A DNA stretch of 64,000 nucleotides from assembly GCA_038824035.1 (NCBI GenBank), contig JAWBBW010000001.1:101508-165507 (forward strand). The letters are read 5' to 3'. Positions 40,098 through 51,154 of the stretch are shown piece by piece. The DNA is from Desulfurococcaceae archaeon. Lineage in GTDB: Archaea; Thermoproteota; Thermoprotei_A; Sulfolobales; Desulfurococcaceae. Below the pieces are notes generated by a model. It saw nothing but the letters and a program-made list of their open reading frames with translations, searched no databases and was not told the DNA's origin. The position numbers and the translations under genes were made by a program. Numbering within the stretch: position 1 is the stretch's first letter; each line of letters starts with the position of its first letter.

Positions 40098-41075
40098 TTA
40101 ATGGCCTTTCACCCTTGGATCTATAATTGATGCCAATATCTCCACTATAGTTATCAATGTCAATGTAACCGATGATATCAAGACCACTACTCCCATTAAA
40201 ACCGGGTAATCAGTCATGAACACGGCGTCATACATCAATTTGCCTATCCCTGGCAAGGAGAAAACAGTCTCCACTATTAATGCCCCACCCATTGAATAGC
40301 CAAGATTTATAGCCGTTATCGTCAATACTGGGTTTAACACAGGTCTCAAAACATGCTTTGAAAGTATTTTCCTCTCTGATAAGCCCTTAGCCCTGGCTAT
40401 CATTACGAAGTCCTCTGTCAACACGTCTATCGCCATACTTCTCGATAAGATTATGAAACCAGAAGTATTCAATAACACAAGTGTGATGAAGGGAAGTGTT
40501 AAATGGTGGATTACATCGAGGAAATACTCTAGGAACGATCCATATATCCTGCCATATGTGTACACACCGTATAATGGAAATAACCGAAGATGATAAGCGA
40601 AAACTATTAAGAGCAATAACCCCAGCCAAAAAGGTGGCATAGACTCGATAAACATGGATATATTGAGAAGGGCTCTGTCTAGGAAAAACCCCCTTTTACT
40701 GGCTGATATTAGTCCTAGGAAAACACCTATAATAGCTGACACTATGACAGATGTTGTCACGAGTAGTAGTGTCCATGGAAGAGCGCTCAATAACACCTCC
40801 ATAACTGGCTTTCTATAGTAAAACGATATGCCTAAATTACCTCTAAGAAAGAACTCCCTGAGGAAGAACAAGTATTGCTCTGGGATAGATTTATCGAGTC
40901 CGAATTGCCTTATGAGGACATTTCTATACTCAGGCGATATATTCGGGTTTTCCACTAGATATGCAAACGCACCGCCTGGCATTAATCTAGGTATAATGAA
41001 TGAAATCGTCTATATGAGTAAGAAAACAAGGAATCGGGTAAAAAGCTTCTTGAGGATAAACTCGAGTAGAGACAT
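40098..41075 (-). pseudogene. Opp/Dpp ABC permease (B-type) with in-frame TAG at codon 22
   Basis: GGTGAG RBS and ATG 41075 give MSLLEFILKKLFTRFLVFLLI*TISFIIPRLMPG; TAG at 41010-41012. Confidence 0.8.
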
Positions 41076-41079
41076 GTAC

Positions 41080-42882
41080 TCACCGTCTATTACCCCTAGT
41101 TAAATACAGGACTAGCACGATAACAGCGACGAGGACAATGCCGATCACGATCAGCAAGTACATGTCATGGGGTGTTGGAGAAGTAACGGGGGTTGTTGAA
41201 ATGGCAATGGGGTATGGAGTGGTCTTAACTAATTTGACATTGTACACGTTCATGAAGCTGAAGTAGTTATCGGGCCTGAGAACAGGGCCCACGACCCATC
41301 CATCGAAATTGTCTGTTCTATACGCGAATACGAATTCCTGGTGAGCTATTACCAATAGAGGAACGTAATAGGCGATTTTCTCCTGTATTTCCCGCAGCGT
41401 TTTCTTTCTCTTTTCCACGTCTATTTCAAATCTCTGTTTTTCCAACAATGCATCTAGATCTGGGAATGAGCATTTACCGAAGTTAAACCCGCCATTACTG
41501 TGTATAAAATCATACAGGATATCCGGCTCTATGTCACCACCAAGTATGACTACTATGTCGAAATCACCTGTGATCAGGTTATTCAACAGGGTTGTTAATT
41601 CCAGTGACCTATGCTCAGCTCTGACACCTACTTTTCTTAAATTGTTAACGAGAATTTCAGCGATCCTGATGAGCGATGGATCCCCGGTATAAGAGTAAAT
41701 GGTTAATTTCAACTCCATTCCATTCGACATCTCTCTCCAGCCATCATTGTTGACATCGATGATGCCAAGTTCACTTAACATGTCCCTGGCTTTATCCAAG
41801 CTGAAAACATATTTCTCCTCTTTAGGGGGTAAATCCATGTTATGCCAAGGCACAATATGTGGAGGTATAAAACCGAGTGCTCCTGGAATGGCATAACCCA
41901 GGAACACTGTTTTAACAACTTCGCTGACATTGATCAAGTGATATAATGCTCTTCTAAATAAGGTCTCATTTAATGGATATCTCTGGCAATTCAGGAAAGC
42001 GAAATGTGCTCCAACTTCCACTGCTCTGTGTAGTTTAACACTTGGAATATTCTCAACGCTATTAATGCTTGCATATGGAATACTCCACGTGGTTACATCT
42101 ATTTCGCCTTTTGAAAACGCGAGTAGCATTGCCTCGGGATCGGACATTATTATTAGCAATATCTCGTCAACCAGGGGCCTGCCTAGATGGTATTTCTCAT
42201 TGGCTCTCAGCTTGTAGTACTTCTGTGGCTCGTGTTCAACAAATACAAATGGGCCGGAGCCCACGGGGTTTTTGTTTTCATATTGCGTGATATCAGGCAC
42301 GTTCTCCCATATATGTTTGGGCAATGACATATATATTAGACGCTATTTTGTATAGGAATGCTGCAAAGGGCGCTTTAAGAGTTATCTTAACAGTGTACTT
42401 GTCCAAGGCCTCTGCTCTCTCTATCAGGGTAGCTACACTGGCCCAGGGGGTCATGGAGCCTTTCTCCGCTAGCAGGTTATAAGTAAACGCGACATCCTCG
42501 GCAGTGAGTTCTTTTCCATCATGCCATGTCACGTTCTCATATAAGTGGAAAACCCAGTTTACGCCGTTTTCATCAACTTCCCAATCCTTTGCCAACCTAC
42601 CAGCGAATTTCATATCAGGTGTTATAATGACCAGTGTGTCATATATGCAATCCATTATCAGCCCTTCTATAGAAGTAGTGCGTAACAGGGGGTTTAAAGT
42701 GCCGGCTTCACCTAGCAATGGTATTCTAAGGGTCCCGCCAGATGTCATCCAGGCCTCTCTTTTATGTAGTCATATATATTGGCCTTTAGGGATCGCTCAT
42801 CGCTTATGACCAATGGATAAAAGGCCTGGAATAATATGAACATCATTAACAATAAGGGTTTTATTAAATGGGCTTTCCCCAA
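41080..42882 (-). pseudogene. Family-5 solute-binding protein with two frameshifts
   Basis: Signal-like start at TTG 42882; frame breaks near 42750 and 42330; canonical domain order; C-terminal TM anchor. Confidence 0.85.
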
Positions 42883-43023
42883 GCTACAACACCGGGTTTG
42901 CAATGTTTAGTATTTTTACATGGGCAAGGTATTTAAACATGTCTAAACAACTAGGCTTGATTCATATATACTTATAAATACTTGGTCATGTTGAATAGAC
43001 AAGTGTATTGAGGTGTACATGGC

Positions 43024-44960
43024 TTGAATAAGGTCTTGAAACCAAGTGATTTAGAGTTCTTCACGTCGATCTCGCAGGTATCACTGAACTCCCCTACAGG
43101 GTCCTTAGTAGCGTTCACCGTTGTCAAGCCCTCTCTAAGTATCAACGACTACCTTAGCTGGGTAAAGGTATATGACTTGGAAAACGGCGAGAAGGTATTT
43201 ACAAGCCAGGGCAATAGGGATTTACTACCAAAATGGTCTCCCAGTGGCGATAAACTCTATTTCATAAGCATCTCTAGTGATGGTAAATTCCAGTTGGTTG
43301 AACACATGTTTGGTAAGGGCTCTAGGACAAGGCTTGTTCTCGACAAGCCAGTGAAGGATTATAGGGTTTGTAACGATGACGTGGTATATTTATTGGTACA
43401 GGATTTGAGAGATACTCCTAACCCCGACTACATATTCACAGATAGGCTCAGAATATGGCATGACGGAGCTGGTTTCATTTACAATGTCATCACCAGGTTG
43501 TATAAAGTTGACTTGTACTCGGGCCTAATGGAGCCCGTGACAAGTAGCGATCAAGACGTTTTCTCATTTGATATTAACAGGGAGTGTACCAAGGGGGTTT
43601 TAGCAATAACCGAGAGGGATGAATCACCATTTCTATAAGGCTATATTACTTCGACCTTAGGTCAATGGAGATAAAGCCCTTATTGAATGGCATAGAGCAC
43701 TTTGTTATGGGGATCAGCGTTGATGGTTCAACAGCCGCGCTGGCCGCTCATAGGATGGAACATGGGCTTACAAGTCATTTAAGGCTTTTGGTAATAGACC
43801 TGGCCAGTGGAGAAGAGGTTTTATATGACAAACCCAAGGATAGATCAGTTGGAGGAGTTGTCTACAACGATGTAATTGGTCCAGCATTTAGTTTTCCAAA
43901 ACCGAGAGTTCTCGGGGACAAAGTCTATTTCACTCTGAGTGAGGGCGGTAGAAATACACTTTATACCTGGGATCAAGTTAACAAATATCGTGAGCTCTTA
44001 GTGGAGGACTCCGTTATACTGGATTTCGATGTGAACAGGAAATACGTTGTATATACCAGGTCTGATGACATAACTCCCATAGAGCTATACGTACTAAATC
44101 ATTCGTCTATGAATACACGGAAATTGACCAATTATAACAAGTGGCTGAGCCAATATAAGCTCTCCAAGCCGATCTATTTCTCATTTAAAGCCAGTGATGG
44201 CGTGGTGATAGAGGGCTGGGTAATGGAGCCTGTCGAGAGAAAACTAGAGGTAAATGGTAAATCACCGGCTATTCTAGAAATACATGGAGGCCCCAAGAAC
44301 AAATATGGTTATTCCTTCATGTTTGAATACCAATTACTGGCCTCTGCCGGTTTCTATGTCATATATCTCAATCCCAGGGGTAGTGATGGCTATAGCGAGG
44401 ATTTCGCGGATATAAGATATAGGTATGGTGAAAGGGATTTCCAAGACTTAATGGAGGGCTTAGAATACGTCTTGGAGAAATGGCCTAGCATAGATCCCAA
44501 TAGGCTAGGGGTTGCTGGCATTAGTTATGGGGGCTTCATGACTAATTGGATAATAACTCACAGTGATAGGTTTAAAGTAGCTATATCAGAGGACGGGATA
44601 TCAACATGGCTGGACGAATACGGTGTGGCCGATATAGGCTTCGTATTTGTACCTGACCAGATAGGTGGAACACCGTTCAATAATCCAGAGGTCTTGGAGA
44701 AGAGATCACCTGTCTATTACGCGCATAATGTCAAAACACCGGTATTATTTATCCACGGTTTAAATGACTACAGATGCTATATTGAGCAGGCACTTGTCAT
44801 GTATATAACTCTCAGACATCTCGGCAAGAAAGCCGCTATCGCGTTGTTTAAGGAAAGCTCTCATGCTTTCAGCATGATTGGGAAACCGAGATCTAGGTTG
44901 AAGAGATATCAATTAATCATAAATTGGTTTGAAAAACACCTAGGAGTGAGAGGGGGCTAA
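43024..44960 (+). pseudogene. S9 acylaminoacyl-peptidase, split by a frameshift near 43638
   Basis: Beta-propeller part ends in TAA; RLYYFDLRSMEIK continues in another frame into HGGP, NPRGS, GISYGG. Could be a sequencing error. Confidence 0.8.
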
Positions 44961-45098
44961 CTACATATCGTTCTAACACAGCTCGTGGTTGTTTTTAACC
45001 CTTCTTTCCCCCCATTCTCGCTGGCGATTTCACCGCTATTTTATCTCTGAATGCTTATTAAGTGTTAGAACAATGAAATGTAATCCCAGGTGATGTAA

Positions 45099-45914
45099 AT
45101 GGCGTTTAACCATGTTGGTAAGAAAACCAGGCTCTCAAGGATATTGAGAGATGGGAAAGCGGTCGTATTTGCACTAGATCACGGGGTTGAACACGGCCCT
45201 GGGGATTTCCCTCCAGAACATGTAGATCCAAGGCTATTACTGAGCAAGGTCATAGATGCCGGTGTAGATGCTGTCATGCTTCTACCTGGCTTGGCGTTTA
45301 TAACACACGAGGTCTGGGCTAATAAGGCGTCTCTAATAGTGAAGATCACGAGTAAGACCAGCTTAAGGCCAGTTGAACAAAGATTACTTCAAAGTACTTT
45401 CGGGTATGTTGAAGACGCTGTGGCCCTAGGCGCGGACGCCGTCGCGGCCACTGTTTACTGGGGTAGTCCCTACGAGGATGCCATGCTCAACACATGGTTC
45501 AGTATACGCGAAATAGCTGAGAGATATGGCTTGCCTTGTCTACAATTAGCATATCCCAGAGGCCCCGCCATAAAAAACATGTACGACGTGGATGTTGTCA
45601 GTTATGGTGTAAGGGCGGCTGTTGAGAGCGGGGCTGATTTGATCAAGACATATTATACGGGCTCTAAGGAGAGTTTCGCACGAGTTGTGGCTTTCTCCTC
45701 GGGTATACCGATACTAATGAGTGGTGGCCCAGCCCGGAGCACTCCCTTAGAGTTCTTACGAGATGTGAGAGATGTCATGGATGCTGGTGCACGTGGTGTT
45801 GTTGTCGGTAGAAACGTGTTTCAACATAAAAATCCAAGTGGCATGGTTAAGGCAGTTATGTCGATTGTTCACGAGGATAAATCGCCTGAAGAGGCGCTAA
45901 AATACGTGGAGTGA
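45099..45914 (+). CDS. fba: Archaeal class I (DhnA-type) fructose-bisphosphate aldolase
   Basis: DHGVEHGP, AYPRG, GADLIKT, SGGP, GRNVFQ. Confidence 0.9.
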   Translation: MAFNHVGKKTRLSRILRDGKAVVFALDHGVEHGPGDFPPEHVDPRLLLSKVIDAGVDAVMLLPGLAFITHEVWANKASLIVKITSKTSLRPVEQRLLQSTFGYVEDAVALGADAVAATVYWGSPYEDAMLNTWFSIREIAERYGLPCLQLAYPRGPAIKNMYDVDVVSYGVRAAVESGADLIKTYYTGSKESFARVVAFSSGIPILMSGGPARSTPLEFLRDVRDVMDAGARGVVVGRNVFQHKNPSGMVKAVMSIVHEDKSPEEALKYVE

Positions 45915-45919
45915 TCTCG

Positions 45920-46849
45920 ATGAATAACAAGAGATACGACCTCGTGGCTGTTGGACATGCGTTAGTTGATATAAGAATAGTTGTGGATAAGTTCCCGGGG
46001 CCGGATGAAGAGGCCAAGGTGATCAATCAAGTATGGGGGGCTGGCGGCTCAGCCGTGAACGTGGCCATTGATGCGAGTAGATTAGGGTTAAAGACAGCTG
46101 TCATAGCGAAAATAGGTTTCGACAGCTTTGGCAGAATAATTGTCGATGAATTGCTGAGAGAGGGGGTAGATATAACGGGTCTAAGGGTTTCGTCTAAGGG
46201 TCAAACAGGATTTACAGTGGTTGTGATAGATAGAAATGGCGATATAATTATGTATGGATATAAGGGAGTCGCGGAAGAGCTGGGTTCCAGCGATATCATG
46301 GATGACATGATCGCCAATGCGAGATACGTTCACATAGCCAGTCTAAGAGTAGACACATCGCTGAGAGTGGTGGAAGCAGCCAGGGAAAACAATGTCACCG
46401 TGACATGGGATCCGGGAAGAGTTCTCTCAGCACGTGGTATAAGGGAATTGGAGTCATTGATTAAACAAGTGAACATAATCACATTGAATAGCAAGGAAGC
46501 TGCGTTGTTAACTGGTCTTAAACCAGAAGAGTACAGAGAAGCTGCCAAGACCATAAAGAGCCTAGGGCCAGAATTAGTGGTAGTTAAACTTGGATCCAAG
46601 GGTGTATATGCACTTGGAAACAATATAGACGAGGAAATCCCGGCTATTAGGGTCGGGAAAACCGTGGATACCACGGGGGCAGGCGACGCATTCATAGCCG
46701 GCCTTATATCGGGGCTTATAAGGGGCTATACATTGAGAAAGGCGATTTTATACGCAAATGCCGTGGCAGCATTGAAAATAACCAGGCTGGGTTCTCACGA
46801 GGCTCCTCGGCACAATGAGGTCGTTGAATACATATGGGAGACTATTTAA
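45920..46849 (+). CDS. pfkB: PfkB-family kinase, probable ATP-dependent 6-phosphofructokinase
   Basis: GGSAVN, DTTGAGDAF. The N-terminus VGHALVDIRI matches my recollection of Desulfurococcus/Aeropyrum ATP-PFK. Coupled to fba. Confidence 0.85.
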   Translation: MNNKRYDLVAVGHALVDIRIVVDKFPGPDEEAKVINQVWGAGGSAVNVAIDASRLGLKTAVIAKIGFDSFGRIIVDELLREGVDITGLRVSSKGQTGFTVVVIDRNGDIIMYGYKGVAEELGSSDIMDDMIANARYVHIASLRVDTSLRVVEAARENNVTVTWDPGRVLSARGIRELESLIKQVNIITLNSKEAALLTGLKPEEYREAAKTIKSLGPELVVVKLGSKGVYALGNNIDEEIPAIRVGKTVDTTGAGDAFIAGLISGLIRGYTLRKAILYANAVAALKITRLGSHEAPRHNEVVEYIWETI

Positions 46850-47007
46850 TGCCATGTAATGAGCTCTATATTGATGGCTGAGAGCGGATAATTCACTGTA
46901 TCGCGATGAGAGCAATGTTCACAATATGATCGATAAATAGGTGGATAAGGGTTTTCCAATGTAAAAATTAAAAATTAAAAAAAGATATTGTTAAATCAGG
47001 GTCATTC

Positions 47008-48153
47008 TTAGCTTAATCCCAATAAAGATGGGTCTATGCCCAGTTGCTGAGCAAGTGTCTTATATTCTTCTAATGATAGCACTACCACTTCGTCTCCTGT
47101 GGGAGCCGTGAATCTCATGCTTCTCGTTGAGACTATGTCAACTCCTGTATCATATATAGTGTTGGCTGGGTAATCGGGTATTAATTGCTTTATCGCATTG
47201 TCAGCGCCCATCTTAGTTATGTTGTATAGTAATTGAACACCGTAATACCCCATGAAGTACTGTCTTTGGCCTATTGTTGCCAATGCATATCCCTCTACAA
47301 GTGGTGGCACATTGTCTGATGTAACGTCGAATTGTATTAAGACGACTTTGCCAGGAGGTATACCTGCTTGTTTCAGTGCCTTGGCCCATGCTGGGCCATC
47401 ATAGGCATATACTCCAAACGCTATGTGTAGATCTGGGTGACTCTGTAAGACTGAGAGAGCCAGGTTAAAGGCCAGCACAGGATCCTCTTGATCATTGTAT
47501 GGACCTAACCATATTAGATTTATATTACCCCTTATATCCGGGTCTTTCTGAGCGCACTCCTCTATTGCTTTTCTAAACCCATCCATTCTCTCCAACGAGT
47601 TCATGGCTGTGAGAGAGCCTGTTAACATTGCTATTTTAAGGGTTGCACCAGGCGTTACATAGCCTTTTTCCTTGGCTAATTGCCATGCAACTAGGCCCGC
47701 TAAATACCCTGCTTTCCAATTACCTGTACCTAAATATGCTAATCTGGGGCTTTGAGGGGCATCGGTGTCTATTGTAATGACAGGTATTCCCTGTTTAAGC
47801 GCCTTCTCTATGTAGGGTGTGGCTGCGCCAGGGTCCGATGGTGCTATGGCTATTCCAGCCACTTTTTGAGCAATATATGAGTCCATTGTACTGAGTTGTG
47901 CTTGTACATCTTCCTTTGAAGGCACCCAGAATATCGCCTCAACACCTAGTTCCTGACCCGCTTTCTTAACACCAGCTTCCACGACGCTCCAATACGGGTG
48001 CACGGACTTACCTATCACCACGTACACGAGTTTTTGCTGTGCTTGTTGCCTCGTTGTGTAATACCAGTATAGGACCCCGCCTATGATTGCTACCGCTATG
48101 ATGACTACTATAATGGTTACTAGGAGGGTTTTAGACATACCCTTAATACTCAT
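47008..48153 (-). CDS. CUT2 sugar ABC substrate-binding protein (glucose/xylose type), N-terminal TM anchor
   Basis: GKSVHPYW, IAPSDP, TGSLTAMNS, GVYAY, GQR..MGY. Confidence 0.92.
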   Translation of the reverse strand: MSIKGMSKTLLVTIIVVIIAVAIIGGVLYWYYTTRQQAQQKLVYVVIGKSVHPYWSVVEAGVKKAGQELGVEAIFWVPSKEDVQAQLSTMDSYIAQKVAGIAIAPSDPGAATPYIEKALKQGIPVITIDTDAPQSPRLAYLGTGNWKAGYLAGLVAWQLAKEKGYVTPGATLKIAMLTGSLTAMNSLERMDGFRKAIEECAQKDPDIRGNINLIWLGPYNDQEDPVLAFNLALSVLQSHPDLHIAFGVYAYDGPAWAKALKQAGIPPGKVVLIQFDVTSDNVPPLVEGYALATIGQRQYFMGYYGVQLLYNITKMGADNAIKQLIPDYPANTIYDTGVDIVSTRSMRFTAPTGDEVVVLSLEEYKTLAQQLGIDPSLLGLS

Positions 48154-48303
48154 ATTTATATCCCATATCCATTTTTATTATTCAGAGGGTTAAAAACTTT
48201 CAAAATATACCCGGTAGGAACAGACACAGCGAGTGGGATTTGTGTTAAACGTGATGAACGCTTATAGGGAGATCACAAGGGGGTTTGAACAACGTTTTTA
48301 AAA

Positions 48304-49278
48304 CTACCTGCCCTTTCTCCTATATAGGTCTATTATCACGGCGACAGCCAATATAATGCCCGTTATAGAATCATACCAATACGGTGAAACTCCGGTCAAT
48401 ACCAGTGCATTTCTTATCAATGTCACTAAAAAGGCACCTATTACTGCTCCCAGCGCTATTCCTTCTCCTCCTGCCAAACTGACCCCTCCGATGGCGTTCG
48501 ACGCTATTGCGTAGAGTTCCTGACCCCTGCCTACACCTGGATAACCAGTCATCATCAGGGCGGTGAATATTATGCCTGCTAATGCAGCACACATACTGCT
48601 ATACGCATATGCGAATAGTCTTGCCCTGTTTATTGGAACACCGCTTAGTTTTGCCACATCTATGTTACCTCCAATGGCGTAGAGATATCTACCGACAATT
48701 GTATATCTCTGTATGAATATAGTTATACCACCCACTATGATCAAGATCAAGGCTAATGTGCCCGGCTGTGCTATTATAGAGAGCTCTGTGTATCCGTGTA
48801 GAACTATTGGCCATCCAAGGGTTATAGCGCTGGCAAAACCGCCCCAAGCTATTAGGCTAGCCAGCGTAACTATGAACGCCGGCATTATCTGTGGTAATGG
48901 TGGTGAGAAGAAACTGACCACGACTCCATGTAGTAACCCTATGGCCATACCGAACAATATTGTGATCACTACTCCAATGACTATGGTCAACGCGATTGAG
49001 GAGATAGATGTCCTCGTTATGAATAACGCCAAGATCATTGAAGCGGCCGAGGCCACCGAGCCTACAGATAGATCTATACCTCCTGATATAAGTACCATGG
49101 ATTCGCCCATGGCTAGGACACTGAGCCCTAGGAACCAGGTCAATAATACTTGCCAGTTTTCAAAACTCCAGAACCTAGGATTGATCATGCCGGTGATCAG
49201 CGATATCGCTATTATCGCTATGACTATGTTGAATATCGGCATGCGTCCCCTGATCAATTCTTCGAGTTTAAAGCTCAT
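48304..49278 (-). CDS. CUT2 sugar ABC permease
   Basis: GGIDLSVGS, YAIGGN..AKLSG, GGVSLAGGEG. Confidence 0.93.
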   Translation of the reverse strand: MSFKLEELIRGRMPIFNIVIAIIAISLITGMINPRFWSFENWQVLLTWFLGLSVLAMGESMVLISGGIDLSVGSVASAASMILALFITRTSISSIALTIVIGVVITILFGMAIGLLHGVVVSFFSPPLPQIMPAFIVTLASLIAWGGFASAITLGWPIVLHGYTELSIIAQPGTLALILIIVGGITIFIQRYTIVGRYLYAIGGNIDVAKLSGVPINRARLFAYAYSSMCAALAGIIFTALMMTGYPGVGRGQELYAIASNAIGGVSLAGGEGIALGAVIGAFLVTLIRNALVLTGVSPYWYDSITGIILAVAVIIDLYRRKGR

Positions 49279-49313
49279 AAAATATCCCCACACATCAATA
49301 AAATAATGTTGAG

Positions 49314-49321
49314 TTTATAAA
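49314..49321. promoter_or_regulatory. Palindromic TATA box (TTTATAAA) between divergent permease and ATPase genes
   Basis: Roughly centred in the 84-bp gap between ATG 49278 and ATG 49363. Confidence 0.55.
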
Positions 49322-49362
49322 GCTAAACTAAACAATAAGTGAAATATAGTCTGGGTGTCTAT

Positions 49363-50898
49363 ATGGAGAGTAAAAGAAACACATTACGTGATCCTGTTCC
49401 AATACTTGTTGCCGAGAATATATGGAAAAGGTTTCCAGGTGTTGTAGCGGTAAAGGGCGCCTCTATAAAGGTAAATGAAGGCGAGATCGTGGGTCTCGTT
49501 GGAGAAAACGGTGCCGGGAAATCAACGCTGTTAAAATGTATAACAGGTGTTCTTAGGAAAGATGAGGGGAGGATAACATGGCTTGGGCGACAAGTAGAGT
49601 TTACATCACCTCATGAAGCCTTAAAACATGGGATCATGTATGTGCCACAAGACATAGTCCTAGTCAAGAACATATCCATATACGACAATATATTCCTCGG
49701 TATGGAGGGCCGTGGATTATTCTCATTGAAGAAAAGCGTAGTGGAGATCGATACTGCTAAGAAGCTCTTGAACGAACTCGGGATCGACATAGATCCAAGG
49801 TTGAAAGGTAGAGAAGTGGGGACAGCGATAGCCCAGATGGTCTTAATAGCAAGGGCCCTGTATTTCAAGGCCAGGTTAATTGCATTCGACGAGCCCACAT
49901 CTGCTCTGGGCCCAGTTGAGGTTGAGAGACTCTTGGATTTAATGGTCAAGCTGAAATCCATGGGTATATCAATGATATTTGTAAGCCATAAGATAGAGGA
50001 AGTGATGAAAGTTGCCGACCGTATATATGTCATGAGAGATGGCAACATAGTTACCGAATATAGGAGAGAGGAGTTTGATCTAAATGAAATTGTCAAGGCA
50101 ATGATAGCCAGGGAAATAAAAGAGTTCTTCCCGAAGGAGGAAGCGTTGATCGGCGAACCCATTTTAGAGATACATGGTCTCTCCGACATCTATGGGTTTA
50201 TAAAGAATGTTTCATTTGCTGTGAGGAGAGGGGAGATCCTCGGCATATATGGGATCGTCGGTTCGGGTAGGAGCGAGATGGCGTTGACGTTAATAGGTGG
50301 TAGACCGAAAAGCCGGGGAGAAATATACCTGGAGGGCAAGAAAATCGAGATAAACAAACCATCAGATGCCTTTAAACATGGCATTGTATACCTACCAGAG
50401 GATTGGAGATTATCACTTGTATACCTAATGAGCGTTAAAGACAACATAACCCTTCCCATTCTTCAACAACTGAAACGCGTAAATGCTGGATTAATCTCAC
50501 TAATAAAGCTATCGGATGAGAGAAATATAGCTCGCGGATTTATAGAAAAGCTCAACATAGTTCCAGGGGACCCATTTAGAAAAGCTATGTACCTCAGTGG
50601 TGGAAATAGACAAAAAGTTGCGCTGGCGAAGCTACTGGCTACAAATGCGAAGATATTAATCTTAGATGAGCCAACTCATGGAATAGATGTAGGTACAAAA
50701 GTGGAGATAAGAAGATTGATCGTCAATTTAGCCAGGGAGGGCAAAGGCATAATATTGATATCCTCGGAATTGCCGGAAATCGTTAACATGTGTGACAGGG
50801 TCTTAGTGATGAGAAAAGGAAGCATAGTGGCAGAGTTTGATCGAAAGGATATATCAGAGGATAAGATAATTAAGGCCGCTATCTTAGAGAATAAATAA
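49363..50898 (+). CDS. CUT2 sugar ABC ATP-binding protein (tandem domains)
   Basis: GENGAGKST, DEPT, LSGGNRQK, DEPTHGIDVG, SSELPE. Confidence 0.95.
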   Translation: MESKRNTLRDPVPILVAENIWKRFPGVVAVKGASIKVNEGEIVGLVGENGAGKSTLLKCITGVLRKDEGRITWLGRQVEFTSPHEALKHGIMYVPQDIVLVKNISIYDNIFLGMEGRGLFSLKKSVVEIDTAKKLLNELGIDIDPRLKGREVGTAIAQMVLIARALYFKARLIAFDEPTSALGPVEVERLLDLMVKLKSMGISMIFVSHKIEEVMKVADRIYVMRDGNIVTEYRREEFDLNEIVKAMIAREIKEFFPKEEALIGEPILEIHGLSDIYGFIKNVSFAVRRGEILGIYGIVGSGRSEMALTLIGGRPKSRGEIYLEGKKIEINKPSDAFKHGIVYLPEDWRLSLVYLMSVKDNITLPILQQLKRVNAGLISLIKLSDERNIARGFIEKLNIVPGDPFRKAMYLSGGNRQKVALAKLLATNAKILILDEPTHGIDVGTKVEIRRLIVNLAREGKGIILISSELPEIVNMCDRVLVMRKGSIVAEFDRKDISEDKIIKAAILENK

Positions 50899-51154
50899 AG
50901 ACATTATGACATGGTTTCTTTAAAAACCCATTCATCAATACATGGTGATCCCCCTACATTATCGTCCAACATGTAATTACTTTAGATTTTAAAAATAAAT
51001 AAAACATTGATCATGATATGTATTGATAATAATTTCAGGCATTATATATAATCAATTAGGATCTCAATAATTATTTGAATAGAATATCCTCGATTAATCT
51101 TTATAAACCCTCCGAGGTATTTATTCTAGTACAATATCTAAGTGGGATGTAAAT

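Noticed and set aside
4037-41012. In-frame TAG codons (4037, 41010) as amber recoding or pyrrolysine
   Set aside because: Many intact genes here end in TAG, no pyl genes are seen, and both codons sit in clusters with other lesions
48230-48300. Hairpin containing GTGATGA and followed by ACA as an H/ACA RNA
   Set aside because: No convincing pseudouridylation pocket or K-turn geometry; too weak to call
45099-50898. AI-2 (Lsr-like) uptake and degradation system
   Set aside because: The aldolase and kinase match glycolytic Fba and PfkB-type PFK; no LsrK or LsrG; the binding protein is glucose/xylose type
50899-51154. Very AT-rich intergenic region as an origin or mobile-element end
   Set aside because: No ORB or terminal repeats; explained by terminator plus promoter of the dpp operon
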